From: Promethearchaeota archaeon
GTDB taxonomy: Archaea; Asgardarchaeota; Lokiarchaeia; Sigyniarchaeales; SOKP01
Assembly: GCA_048941285.1 (NCBI GenBank)
Contig: JBHLNS010000009.1
Coordinates: 36,893 to 100,892, forward strand
Direction: 5' to 3'
DNA length: 64,000 nt
A program made the position numbers and the translations under genes. Position 1 is the stretch's first letter. Every line of letters starts with the position of its first letter. This document shows positions 29,675 to 39,553 of the stretch, in pieces. Below the pieces are notes generated by a model that was not told the origin of the DNA, did no database searches, and saw only the letters and a program-made list of their open reading frames with translations.

Positions 29675-30448
29675 ATGGGCAAAGAAAAAAAGAAACTCGG
29701 CATAAAAACAACTCGTTATTATACAAAGCAATGTGATAAGTGTAGCTTTGAATATCCTAATTGGTTTACTAATTGTCCTAAATGTGGATCATCATGGGAT
29801 AATACGGAGGTAATCAGTGCTCCTAAGGAGGCTCATAAAAAAACAATTAAAATTGTAGTTAAGATCACTGAAGAAACTTTTAATAAATCAATATTTACAG
29901 TAAATTTAATTTTTAGTGCTGACCAAGGAAAATCGTGGTATCAAATGGAAATGGATCCAAAAATGGATTACTTCATAGCAGAAATTGTAGAAGTTCCCAT
30001 TGGTTCTGTAATTATTTATTATGTAGAGGTTTATTTAGAGGATGGGGAGAAAATTGTTGAAAATAATGAGGGAAAATACTTTTTTTATAAGGTTGGAGTA
30101 CCAATTGGAGAGGCTGAACCTGAAGCTACAGCTCAAGAAAGTGAAGCGATCAAAAAAAGTATTGATCAATCCACTTATAAGCCTCAAAAATATCACAAAC
30201 CTCCAATAGAAGCTCCACCTCAAAAACCAAGTGTTACAAGAGAAATGGTTGAACATTCCAAGGCTATTCCTAAAGAAGAGATTAAAAGCCTTGAAGAAAG
30301 TCTTTCTCAAGAATATCATATGGAAACTACAACTATTTTTGGGAAACCTCAAACTGAAATTGATCCTGAATTAAAAATATGTACGCATTGTAATTCTAAA
30401 ATTAAAAAAATGTGGAGTATTTGTCCAATTTGTGGAAAAGCACTCTGA
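29675..30448 (+). CDS. Protein with N- and C-terminal zinc ribbons and a central Ig/CBM-like beta domain
   Basis: CDKC..CPKCG; FSADQGKSW..IIYYVEV..NNEGKYFFYKV; CTHC..CPICG. Confidence 0.7.
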   Translation: MGKEKKKLGIKTTRYYTKQCDKCSFEYPNWFTNCPKCGSSWDNTEVISAPKEAHKKTIKIVVKITEETFNKSIFTVNLIFSADQGKSWYQMEMDPKMDYFIAEIVEVPIGSVIIYYVEVYLEDGEKIVENNEGKYFFYKVGVPIGEAEPEATAQESEAIKKSIDQSTYKPQKYHKPPIEAPPQKPSVTREMVEHSKAIPKEEIKSLEESLSQEYHMETTTIFGKPQTEIDPELKICTHCNSKIKKMWSICPICGKAL

Positions 30449-30548
30449 GATTTTTCTCAAAGAACTCCCATTAACAAGCCTATTTTTGAATTATAAAGTG
30501 TTTTTAAGAAAATAAGAATAAAATCTATTAAGTTATTGTTTATTTCAA

Positions 30549-32165
30549 TTATAATTTTGATCCACACTTATTACAGAATTGATAATCACTGGATAATATT
30601 GCTCCACACTGTTTACAAATAATGATTTGCTTTCCAGAAGATTTTGTTTGTTTTTTCTGAACTGGTTGCGGTTGGGAAGGAGTAGCTTCTAGATCTGAAA
30701 CATTTGGTATTATCCTTAGTTTACTGGTCTCTTGGGTTTCGGTTTGCGTTTTTGCTGTAAATGGCATAAATGTTGGTAATGAAGTCTTTTCAGTCTCAGT
30801 TTTTTGAGATAATGCTTGGAAAAGGGAAGGCGTGGTCGTTGCTTTGATGATTGGTGTTGGTTCTGGTTGTACTATTTCTTCCTTTTGTTTCTTATCTTTT
30901 TTAGGTTTTGGTTTTTTTTCTTTCTTAGTTTGCTTCATTTCTTCCATTAATTTTTCTTGTCTTTCTTTTTCTTCTCTGAGTTTCTTTTCTTTCTCCTCTT
31001 TTTTCTTTTGTTTTTCGAGTTTTTTTTTATCCTTCTTAGAATATATTGGCTCAGGCAAATAATCCATTAAAGAATCTGATTTAGCCTCAGTGGTATGCTG
31101 TGTTGGAAAAAATGTACTAGCACCTGAAGAACTACTTTCAATAGATGGTGGTGATTTTTGAGGTTGAAATCCTTCTGGTGCGGGTGCTGGAACCGGTACT
31201 TTATTTGTAAAGGGAATTGCTTTGGGTTTATATGATTCTTCGCTGCTCGTAAAATTTACTGGTTGAGAAATAGTAGTTTGAGGTTCCTTTGGGATTTCAG
31301 TAGATAAAATCTCTTCTGGTGTTTTAAATTTAAATTCCACCGGCTGAATATCGATTTCAGCAACTTGAGGTTCAGGTAAAGGAATTTCTGGTTCAAATTC
31401 AGGTTCAAGGGCAGGTTCAGGTACGGGAGGTGCTTCATATTCATATTCAGGTTCTGGCTCAAATGATGATGAAGGTTCATTTATTTGGGGGGAAGCAGGT
31501 TCTGGAACTGGAGGTGCAGCAAAATCAAACTCAGATTCCAATTGTTGAACTGGAGTTGGATATGCCCCTATAGCTGTGATTGGAACTTGACCGGGACTGT
31601 ATACAATCCCTTTTGAGATAAGTTGATCAGGAACTCCTGAACCAATCATCAGACAGGCTAAAATATAAAAGCAGTCACCTACTCCTTCACCCGTCTTTGC
31701 TGAAGTTTCCATATAATATAAATTAAAATTATTTGTAAAACTATTGATTTCTTCTAAAGAAACAGCTCTTTGATCAACCAAATCACTCTTATTCCCAACA
31801 AGTAATAGTGGTATCTCGTTTTTTACGTTTGTTCTTACTTCTTCTATCCATTGGGGTAAATGCCCAAAACTAGCAGAATTAGTTAGATCAAAAATCAATA
31901 ACGCTCCTAGTGAACCTCTATAATACATTGGTCTAATCGAGCTAAATCGCTCCTGACCCCCTGTGTCCCATATCTGTAGTTTTGCACGAATAGGTCCTTC
32001 GACTGAGTCAATAGCAATTGTTTTTACATGGAAATCTACTCCAATTGTCATTTTATAATCTTCTGTGAAGAAACCTTTACTAAATCTGAGGGTTAATGCA
32101 GTTTTCCCTACCCCTCCATCTCCTACGACAATCGATTTAAAGAGATAATCATATTCTTCAGCCAT
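30549..32165 (-). CDS. Rab-like GTPase with long Pro/Glu-rich linker and C-terminal zinc ribbon
   Basis: YDYLFK, GDGGVGKT, TIGVDF, KLQIWDTGGQERF, YYRG, GNKSD, ETSAK; ends with CKQC..CNKC. Confidence 0.9.
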   Translation of the reverse strand: MAEEYDYLFKSIVVGDGGVGKTALTLRFSKGFFTEDYKMTIGVDFHVKTIAIDSVEGPIRAKLQIWDTGGQERFSSIRPMYYRGSLGALLIFDLTNSASFGHLPQWIEEVRTNVKNEIPLLLVGNKSDLVDQRAVSLEEINSFTNNFNLYYMETSAKTGEGVGDCFYILACLMIGSGVPDQLISKGIVYSPGQVPITAIGAYPTPVQQLESEFDFAAPPVPEPASPQINEPSSSFEPEPEYEYEAPPVPEPALEPEFEPEIPLPEPQVAEIDIQPVEFKFKTPEEILSTEIPKEPQTTISQPVNFTSSEESYKPKAIPFTNKVPVPAPAPEGFQPQKSPPSIESSSSGASTFFPTQHTTEAKSDSLMDYLPEPIYSKKDKKKLEKQKKKEEKEKKLREEKERQEKLMEEMKQTKKEKKPKPKKDKKQKEEIVQPEPTPIIKATTTPSLFQALSQKTETEKTSLPTFMPFTAKTQTETQETSKLRIIPNVSDLEATPSQPQPVQKKQTKSSGKQIIICKQCGAILSSDYQFCNKCGSKL

Positions 32166-32359
32166 TACAAGTTCCCACTTTACCTTTCAAAATATTATAT
32201 ATTGAGTAATTTTCTAGAATGTTCAAGCAATTATATATTATAACTATAAATACAAATTTATAATTTTATTTATAATAAAGAAATTCTGTGATTTCGCTAA
32301 TAACTAAGTAAGATATCATTATAATATATCTTATAAAATTAAGAAGATAAATAAAAATT

Positions 32360-33244
32360 TTAAATTAATTTATGAGCTTCTTCACAGATATCAACTTTTT
32401 CAATCCAATCGTTGATTTTAACTAATTCTTGTTGAGGAAATTCATATGAGTGTTCTCGATCCGGATAAACGCCATTTATAACTTCATCTTTATAATCATG
32501 TAAGGCACGTTGAATTTCTTCACCAATATTGCCAAAATATTTAAGAAATTTTGGTTTAAAGTCGGTAAAAATACCTAACATGTCATGGATTACTAATACT
32601 TGGCCATCACAATAAGGACCGGCACCAATACCGATAGTTGGAACATCTACACTATTCGTAATTAGCTCAGCTATTTGCCAAGGGATACTTTCTAACACAA
32701 TAGAAAAAACACCAACTTCTTCTAAATTCTTGGCATCTAAAATTAACTTTTTTGCTGATTCAATTGTTTTCCCTTGAACTAAAAAACCTCCAAACTTATA
32801 GATCGCTTGAGGAGTTAAGCCGATATGTCCCATCACTTGAATATCTGCATCTATCATTGCTTTAATTGTAGGACAAATTTCTGTTCCTCCTTCAACTTTA
32901 ACTGCTTCAGCACCACCTTCCTGGATAAACCTACCAGCATTTTTAACAGCTTCTACGATATCTACCTTATATGAAAGAAAAGGCATATCTCCTACTATTA
33001 ATGCATTTGAAACACCTTGACTAACTGCTTTTGTGTGATGAATCATTTCATCCATGGTAACTGATAAGGTATTTTTATTTCCAAGCATAACCATCGATAG
33101 AGAATCTCCTACAAGGATGAGATCAATTCCACTATTATCGACTATTTTTGCAAATGAGTAATCATAAGATGTGATAGTAACTATTTTTTCGCCTTTCTTT
33201 TTCTTCTCTATAATATCTTTAGTAGTGACTTTTTGTAAAGACAT
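32360..33244 (-). CDS. panB: 3-methyl-2-oxobutanoate hydroxymethyltransferase
   Basis: TSYD, LVGDSL, VGDMPFLSY, VKVEGG, GHIGLTPQ and IGIGAG motifs. Confidence 0.96.
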   Translation of the reverse strand: MSLQKVTTKDIIEKKKKGEKIVTITSYDYSFAKIVDNSGIDLILVGDSLSMVMLGNKNTLSVTMDEMIHHTKAVSQGVSNALIVGDMPFLSYKVDIVEAVKNAGRFIQEGGAEAVKVEGGTEICPTIKAMIDADIQVMGHIGLTPQAIYKFGGFLVQGKTIESAKKLILDAKNLEEVGVFSIVLESIPWQIAELITNSVDVPTIGIGAGPYCDGQVLVIHDMLGIFTDFKPKFLKYFGNIGEEIQRALHDYKDEVINGVYPDREHSYEFPQQELVKINDWIEKVDICEEAHKLI

Positions 33245-33491
33245 ATGTTCAAATAACTATTTCGTTTTCAAAAATTTTATGGTAATTTGAAGATTAAATT
33301 ATGAAAAACTTTCATATTAAATCTACTCTAATGTGATTTTTTTTGAAATTGACAAATTAAATCTCTCGAAAAATATATTTGACATATAAACTTGCTTAAA
33401 ATCTTGTTTAATTCAAACTTTTTTGATAAGATTTTTTAACAAACGCTTCATATATTAATCCTACTAATCTAAAAAAAAGAGATTGAAATTT

Positions 33492-34520
33492 ATGGTAGAT
33501 CCAAAAGATATTGATTTTTATTGTTTGGGTTTCAACTTTATTGAAACAAAAACAATGTTTATGGCGACACACAAAAATGGTATGTGGGGCGATGGAAAAT
33601 TAATACCATTTGGAAATTTTGAAATCTCACCCGCGTCATGTGTATTAAACTATGGCCAAGGAATTTTTGAAGGTATGAAAGCCTTAAGGGCAAAAAATGG
33701 AGAAATCACCTTATTTCGTCCCGAGGAAAATGCAAAGAGATTTAATTTTAGTGCTCGAAGGATGCTGATGCCCGAATATGATATAAATAAATTTGTTGAT
33801 GCAGTGAAGAGTGTTGTCAAGGAAAATATAGAATATATCCCACCTTCTGACAGCGGAGGAGCTTTATATATTAGACCCATTTTATTTGGCTATGGCCCAA
33901 TTCTAGGAGTACATTCAGCAAGAGAATTTAAATTGATTATTTTTACAGTTCCCGTTGGGCCTTACTTCCCAGAAGGATTTAAAGGAATTAATTTAGAAAT
34001 ATCAAAAGAATATACTAGAGCTGCTCCAGGAGGCACTGGATCGGCAAAAACAATATGCAATTATGCAGGGACAATGTTACCTGCAAAAGAGTCAAAAGCA
34101 AGAGGTTATGCTCAAATTCTTTATTTAGATGCGGTTCATCTTGAATATATTGAAGAGGTTGGAGCTGCAAATTTTTTTGCGATTATCAATGGTAAACTCG
34201 CAACTCCAAGAAAAACAGGAACCATTTTAGAAGGAATTACTCGAGAGTCTATTTTAAAACTTGCATCAAAAAAACTGGGATTAGAGGTTGAAGAAAGAGA
34301 TATCTCTTATAAAGAATTATATGAAGAATCATGTACAGAAACATTTTGTAGTGGTACTGCAGCAGTTATAACTCCAATCGCATCAGTTGCTTTAGAAGGA
34401 AAATTGAGAATATTTAATAATCGAGAACCCGGAGAAGTGACAACTAAACTCTATGAATTTCTAACAGGTATTCAAAGGTTAGATATCGAAGATGAATTTG
34501 GATGGGTTGTTAAAGTATAA
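33492..34520 (+). CDS. ilvE: Branched-chain amino acid aminotransferase
   Basis: LNYGQGIFEGMKA, LYIRP, GGTGSAKTICNY, EEVGAAN, ILEGITR and SGTAAVITP. ATG 33492 used; TTG 33483 is possible. Confidence 0.95.
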   Translation: MVDPKDIDFYCLGFNFIETKTMFMATHKNGMWGDGKLIPFGNFEISPASCVLNYGQGIFEGMKALRAKNGEITLFRPEENAKRFNFSARRMLMPEYDINKFVDAVKSVVKENIEYIPPSDSGGALYIRPILFGYGPILGVHSAREFKLIIFTVPVGPYFPEGFKGINLEISKEYTRAAPGGTGSAKTICNYAGTMLPAKESKARGYAQILYLDAVHLEYIEEVGAANFFAIINGKLATPRKTGTILEGITRESILKLASKKLGLEVEERDISYKELYEESCTETFCSGTAAVITPIASVALEGKLRIFNNREPGEVTTKLYEFLTGIQRLDIEDEFGWVVKV

Positions 34521-34543
34521 GTTATTTTAATTTTATAAAATAA

Positions 34544-35053
34544 TTAATTTGGTATTTTTTTTAATAAAGAATCAAAAGCATTCTCAACATTGTATCCTGT
34601 TTTTGAGGAAATCTTTAAATAACCGACGATATTATCATATTTTTTTACAATTTCTGAAATATATTTATCAAAAACTTTACAATCTTCAAGATCGATCATA
34701 TCACACTTGGTTCCTAATATAAAAGCAGAAATATTTCCATTTTGAGCTAATTTTTGTATCCATTCTTCTACAATTTCAAGAGTGCTAAGTCTTGATAAAT
34801 CAAATATAACAAATGCTGCCACAGAGCCATCTACAAAATTAGTTAATAATTGTTTAAATTGATGTTGACCCGCAAAATCCCAGATAATAAAATTATACTC
34901 ATGTCCATTTATTGAGAGTTTTTTTGAGAAAAATTCGACTCCTTTAGTTAACTCAGAGTCATTATTGAATTTGTCATGAATCAATCTATTGAGAAATGAT
35001 GTTTTACCAACACCACCATCTCCAGAAACAATAAGTTTCACTGTTTTTTTCAT
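34544..35053 (-). CDS. Rab/Roc-like small GTPase
   Basis: GDGGVGKT, TKGVEF, WDFAGQ, GTKCD and ISSKTG motifs. Confidence 0.88.
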   Translation of the reverse strand: MKKTVKLIVSGDGGVGKTSFLNRLIHDKFNNDSELTKGVEFFSKKLSINGHEYNFIIWDFAGQHQFKQLLTNFVDGSVAAFVIFDLSRLSTLEIVEEWIQKLAQNGNISAFILGTKCDMIDLEDCKVFDKYISEIVKKYDNIVGYLKISSKTGYNVENAFDSLLKKIPN

Positions 35054-35233
35054 TTCAATAAATTATTTTTTTTTTTAATTTAAAAAAGTACGATAAAATG
35101 TGATTTAAGTAATAGTAGAACATAAAAAAATTTTGGTAATCAACTGATATTTAATTTACTTAAATGTAAATTAGTATAAGAGAAAAAAATAGAAAACCTA
35201 AGAACAAAATGATTATGGAATCTAAGTAATATC

Positions 35234-35623
35234 CTATATTCTAAGAAGTTGCGAGCTGCCAGTAGATATTAGATCTCCAATTTCATTCCATATTTTTGCT
35301 TTACAAAAGAAGATATTTTTACCACTTTTTAAACATTTAGCTTTTGCCTTTAAACGTCCTTTAGAAACCGGTTTTAAAAATTCAACTTGCAAATCAATTG
35401 TTGTCACATACCCATCAGGTAAAATGAGTGAAAGTGCTGCACATGCACAAGTAGAGTCGATAAGAGAAGCTAAAACTCCACCATGGATCATACCATTTTG
35501 GGTTAGTTCTTTTCTAATTTCAATTTCAAAATGAGCTCTTCCGTTAGCAATTTCTTGTAGTTCAAAGCCTAAAGTTGAATAAAAAGGGATTTTATCATAA
35601 AGTAGTTTTATTAAATCAATCAT
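35234..35623 (-). CDS. PaaI family thioesterase
   Basis: GMIHGGVLASLID..TIDLQVEFLKP. Confidence 0.9.
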   Translation of the reverse strand: MIDLIKLLYDKIPFYSTLGFELQEIANGRAHFEIEIRKELTQNGMIHGGVLASLIDSTCACAALSLILPDGYVTTIDLQVEFLKPVSKGRLKAKAKCLKSGKNIFFCKAKIWNEIGDLISTGSSQLLRI

Positions 35624-35723
35624 ATTAATTATCTTACGATCTTACATTTTATTTGTATCTATTAACTATAAAAAAATAGTAATTTAAGACAAAAAATTAT
35701 ATCATAAAAACTACCTATTACTC

Positions 35724-36611
35724 TTGATGTTAAAATATTCAATCAATAAATACCTTGACCTAAGGTTCGAAGATGGTAAAACGAATATATATGTCAATGA
35801 TAAATTATTTAGACATTGCAAATATATCTTATTAAACAAAACAAATGATGGTTCTGAATATTTTGCTGAATTCGATTCTATAGATGATGCTGTGAAAAAA
35901 TTAGATGTGTCTCTTGAATCTTTAGAAAATAAAATAGATATTATTGCTCCTGAGATAGTATTTTGGGCTCATTGTTCAAATCTTCAAGCATGGTATGACA
36001 ATAATTATAATTCAAACCTAATTCATAGTAATTTGGCATTTCCACTTCTTAAGGAACTAACTAATGCAGGAGATCGAATAGCAAGGAAAATTTTTAAGGA
36101 GGAAATAGCAAAGAGGTTTGAAAAGAATAACATAAATATTATTCAATTCTTAATTTATAATGGATATTTGAATAATCTGAATGAAGATGAATTAGAAATT
36201 GTCATTGAACATATAAGAACTAATTTATCTGAGATTATAATAACCCAGTTAAATATATTAATGAAATCATCGCAATCTAACCATCAAAAAATAAAAAATT
36301 TAATTGATATAATACTTTTCATTGACTTAAAATATAATCAAAACCTAATTTTTAGTATCCTCAATAGACTGAAAGAGAATATAACCCTTCAATTTGTACG
36401 ATTTTTAATATTATATTTGAATTATAAAGAGTTCGTTAATTATAAAATCCCTTATGGAAGATTTTTTATATATTTTGAAAAAATTCTTGATTTCATATAT
36501 AATAACTATCCGGAAATTAAAGATTTATTAAAAATTATTGACTCAGGCTTTCTGAGTGGGTCTTTATCTTTAGATGAGACATTTTCATATGGTACTCAAT
36601 CTTATCCGTGA
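35724..36611 (+). CDS. Hypothetical protein of a lokiarchaeal-type family (domain often seen N-terminal to LRRs)
   Basis: INKYLDLRFEDGKTNIYVN..CKYILLN..FWAHCSNLQAW..HSNLAFPLLKEL; family call is from recollection. No LRRs here. Confidence 0.6.
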   Translation: MMLKYSINKYLDLRFEDGKTNIYVNDKLFRHCKYILLNKTNDGSEYFAEFDSIDDAVKKLDVSLESLENKIDIIAPEIVFWAHCSNLQAWYDNNYNSNLIHSNLAFPLLKELTNAGDRIARKIFKEEIAKRFEKNNINIIQFLIYNGYLNNLNEDELEIVIEHIRTNLSEIIITQLNILMKSSQSNHQKIKNLIDIILFIDLKYNQNLIFSILNRLKENITLQFVRFLILYLNYKEFVNYKIPYGRFFIYFEKILDFIYNNYPEIKDLLKIIDSGFLSGSLSLDETFSYGTQSYP

Positions 36612-36641
36612 GAAATTTAAGGGTTCTATTGATTTGATAAA

Positions 36642-37433
36642 CTATCTAATTTTACTTTTTTCAAGGTAATAGTAACTATAGGCTTTCTTAAATCCCAATT
36701 TAGCATACAATTTCATTGCTTCTTTATTTTCAGTTTCAACTTGTAACCATATAGCATTGACTTCACTCTTAATTCCCCATTTATTCATAATAATAAAAAA
36801 CATTGAAGTTGCGAGCTTTTGACGTCGAAATTCAGGATGTACTAAGACATCAACAATATATAAAAAACCATGAGGATCTAGAATTGCTGTAAGAGTTCCT
36901 ATAACTTTATTTTTATATTTTGCTATTATAACTCGTTTTTGAGGAATGATTATCCTATTAGATAATTTTTCTAATACATTTTGAGCTCTTTGATTTCTTT
37001 GAGAAAACTTTGCCAAAAATTTTGAACATGCAATTACTCGTTGTGGATAAACAATATATACAAAATTTTCATTTATCTCTTCATTTCTTAATTCCTTTAT
37101 AGTACTAATCATAGTATAAGTAACACAGCCTGATTGTTGATATCCATGCTCTAATAATTTAATATCTAAATTATTTGGTTCAAAATACTCTGGCATTGTA
37201 AAGATAGCCGGTAAATTATAAGAATTATAAGCTTTTTCAACATACGTTATATCTTGATCAAGAGTATCCAAATTTCCAGTATAATATAAAGGAAAAACTG
37301 AATTTGCACGAGCCGTTACGCCTTTAGTGAAGCGTAAAATCCATCCGTTTAGAAAGTAATAATGGTGAGCTGGCCAAACATTCAGCAATATTTCTTGTAA
37401 ACGTCTTATTTCCTCTTTTTCAAACATTAACAT
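36642..37433 (-). CDS. GNAT acetyltransferase
   Basis: GWILRFTKGVTARANSV; VHPEFRRQKLA..LQVETENKEAMKLYAKLGF. Confidence 0.85.
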   Translation of the reverse strand: MLMFEKEEIRRLQEILLNVWPAHHYYFLNGWILRFTKGVTARANSVFPLYYTGNLDTLDQDITYVEKAYNSYNLPAIFTMPEYFEPNNLDIKLLEHGYQQSGCVTYTMISTIKELRNEEINENFVYIVYPQRVIACSKFLAKFSQRNQRAQNVLEKLSNRIIIPQKRVIIAKYKNKVIGTLTAILDPHGFLYIVDVLVHPEFRRQKLATSMFFIIMNKWGIKSEVNAIWLQVETENKEAMKLYAKLGFKKAYSYYYLEKSKIR

Positions 37434-37621
37434 CTATTCTTAAATTTATGGTTGTATTTTTTATTACTTTTTTCTCTTTTTTTCAATCTTGGACTACTTA
37501 GATTAGCTCCACAAAACTTACATATGTTATCAAATGATTCTAATTCTTTTCCACACTCAGAACAATATTTTGGTCCTGAAAGGCAATTATTTTTGATATT
37601 ATTACACTTCTCCTGATCTGT
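37427..37621 (-). pseudogene. Zinc-ribbon reading frame with no canonical start (remnant or non-canonical start)
   Basis: Minus strand reads GPKYCSECGKELESFDNICKFCGANL; no ATG/GTG/TTG upstream of the motif before the in-frame TAA. Confidence 0.5.
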
Positions 37622-37689
37622 TTATTATAAATAGAATTATATCTAATTTTTCCTATTCTGTAATTTAAATCATTTAAAACTTGGGTTAA

Positions 37690-38520
37690 TTAACGGTTTT
37701 TCTCAAACCATTCTATAGCAAAATTTATCATTTCTCTTTGTGATAATAATCTCGTTTCTGCTAATCCAACCTTTCCAGGAGTATAATTAATTTTTGATTC
37801 AAAATCTGAACCTAATCTCTCAAAATCATCAGTATCTAGATCTAATTCCTCCCAGGAAACCCATTCTCTCTTCCCATTTAGCAAAATTGCAGAACCTGTT
37901 AATCTATATCTTTTATTTTTAAAAATGCTTCGGTATTCAGCAAGATGAAGCGAAGAATTATTTTCATGTGAAACACCTATGAGTAGGATTAATCCATCAA
38001 GGTCAAAAATACGAGCTAAAGGGGAATTTTCTCCTAAATCAGCTAACAATTCATGGTTTCTTGTAATAAGTCCAGCATGTTTCCCCCACGCAGCAAATGA
38101 AGACATAGGATGATTACTACGAAAAACATTAGGCCAATTTCTAAATATTTCTGCAATCACCCCTACTCCTCGTGTAGGGGTTTTTATAGGATGATAAGGG
38201 GGCATTTCATCACGGATTATATCCCACCAACTTTTTGGTACAGGAGGATTGTTCCAAAATGATGGATCAGAATTATCACCTGAAAATGTGGGCATTATTA
38301 AGGTTCCTTCTGATGTAAGAATTTGCGTTATTGCTTCTATTACTGCAACTGGACCACCTGCAGTCCAACCTATCTTACTTAATGAACTATGCATTATAAT
38401 TACTGATCCCGGTTTGACTCCAAGCGCTTTAAAATCATTTTTCAATGTGGTTATTGTATTAGGCTTTTGAGTAGATTTAACAACTTTATTTTCAGATTTT
38501 TTATTATTTTCAACTCCCAT
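37690..38520 (-). CDS. AAC(3)/YokD family N-acetyltransferase
   Basis: HSSLSKIGW, GTLIMPTF, RSNHPMSSFAAWG, LGENSPL and SSLHLAE motifs. Confidence 0.9.
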   Translation of the reverse strand: MGVENNKKSENKVVKSTQKPNTITTLKNDFKALGVKPGSVIIMHSSLSKIGWTAGGPVAVIEAITQILTSEGTLIMPTFSGDNSDPSFWNNPPVPKSWWDIIRDEMPPYHPIKTPTRGVGVIAEIFRNWPNVFRSNHPMSSFAAWGKHAGLITRNHELLADLGENSPLARIFDLDGLILLIGVSHENNSSLHLAEYRSIFKNKRYRLTGSAILLNGKREWVSWEELDLDTDDFERLGSDFESKINYTPGKVGLAETRLLSQREMINFAIEWFEKNR

Positions 38521-38639
38521 AAAGACTTAGAATTTAAAAAATTTAAAAAACTTTAACTAAAGTTTTGCTTTTATTTTCGACAAAAATACTAAATTTATAC
38601 TCTGTTTTTCTTTAAAAATGCACAATAATTGATAGATAT

Positions 38640-39365
38640 ATGGTTGATAATCATAGTTATAGTTTTTTTGGTCAAAAAGTTGGTCTGATTATTCAAAGTG
38701 CTCTAAAATCTGAACCATATATATTTTTTAGATTGATAAAGTGTAAGAACAATAACACTTGGGAAAAACCTAGTACTGGAGAGGGAAAAATTATCAAATT
38801 TTCGCTAGAAGAAATGGTTTGTATCCTTCGAGTGCTAGAAAAAGAGATAAATTCATGGTCAAGTTATCATACTTTTAAGGACAATAAAACACAGATTTCA
38901 TTTAAATGGGAAAATGAGGAAAAGAGTAAATTATGGATACATATTGGTTCTTATTCAAAGGTCCTTGATTATGCTCAGTTTATAATATTAGGGATGCTTT
39001 TGAAACACATCCTTAAAGAGAAAATTGAATTTGCTACTACTATTTCTTTTTCTACTAGCCCTAAAAAGAAAGAGTCTAACAAATTGAGTAATATTATTAT
39101 ACAAGAAGAGTATATTACAGAGAATGATAACAATGAGAACATTCTCGTTAAAGACGAGATTAATGGGAAACATAGGGAGGTTCAAAACATAACTGGATCC
39201 ATTAAAAGAGAGACAAATAAAGCCCTACTCATTCAATTTAACAGCGGAGCAGAAATTTGGATACCTAAATCCAAAATCCATTCAGGTTTCGATAATACTA
39301 AGGACTTAGTTCAAAAATTCAGTATAGATAGTTGGATCTTGAACAAAAATAAGATTATTTCTTAA
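38640..39365 (+). CDS. Hypothetical two-domain protein
   Basis: 241-aa ORF; C-terminal RETNKALLI..EIWIPKS small beta domain. Confidence 0.7.
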   Translation: MVDNHSYSFFGQKVGLIIQSALKSEPYIFFRLIKCKNNNTWEKPSTGEGKIIKFSLEEMVCILRVLEKEINSWSSYHTFKDNKTQISFKWENEEKSKLWIHIGSYSKVLDYAQFIILGMLLKHILKEKIEFATTISFSTSPKKKESNKLSNIIIQEEYITENDNNENILVKDEINGKHREVQNITGSIKRETNKALLIQFNSGAEIWIPKSKIHSGFDNTKDLVQKFSIDSWILNKNKIIS

Positions 39366-39372
39366 TTACATC

Positions 39373-39507
39373 ATGCCTGGTTATAATGAAATAATAAAAG
39401 ATAAATTTCGAATTATAATTTATCATGGTCATATTCACCTATTATCAGAATATGAAGAAATAGAAGATAATGACAATAAAATAGAAATTCAAAATCCTGA
39501 TTTCTAA
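39373..39507 (+). CDS. Possible 44-aa small protein MPGYNEIIKD...QNPDF
   Basis: ATG 7 nt after the previous stop; fills the gap before the reductase gene. Not in the ORF track. Confidence 0.35.
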   Translation: MPGYNEIIKDKFRIIIYHGHIHLLSEYEEIEDNDNKIEIQNPDF

Positions 39508-39553
39508 TTAATATAAAGTTTTAAAAATTATTTGAGCATTTTAAAATGTAATT

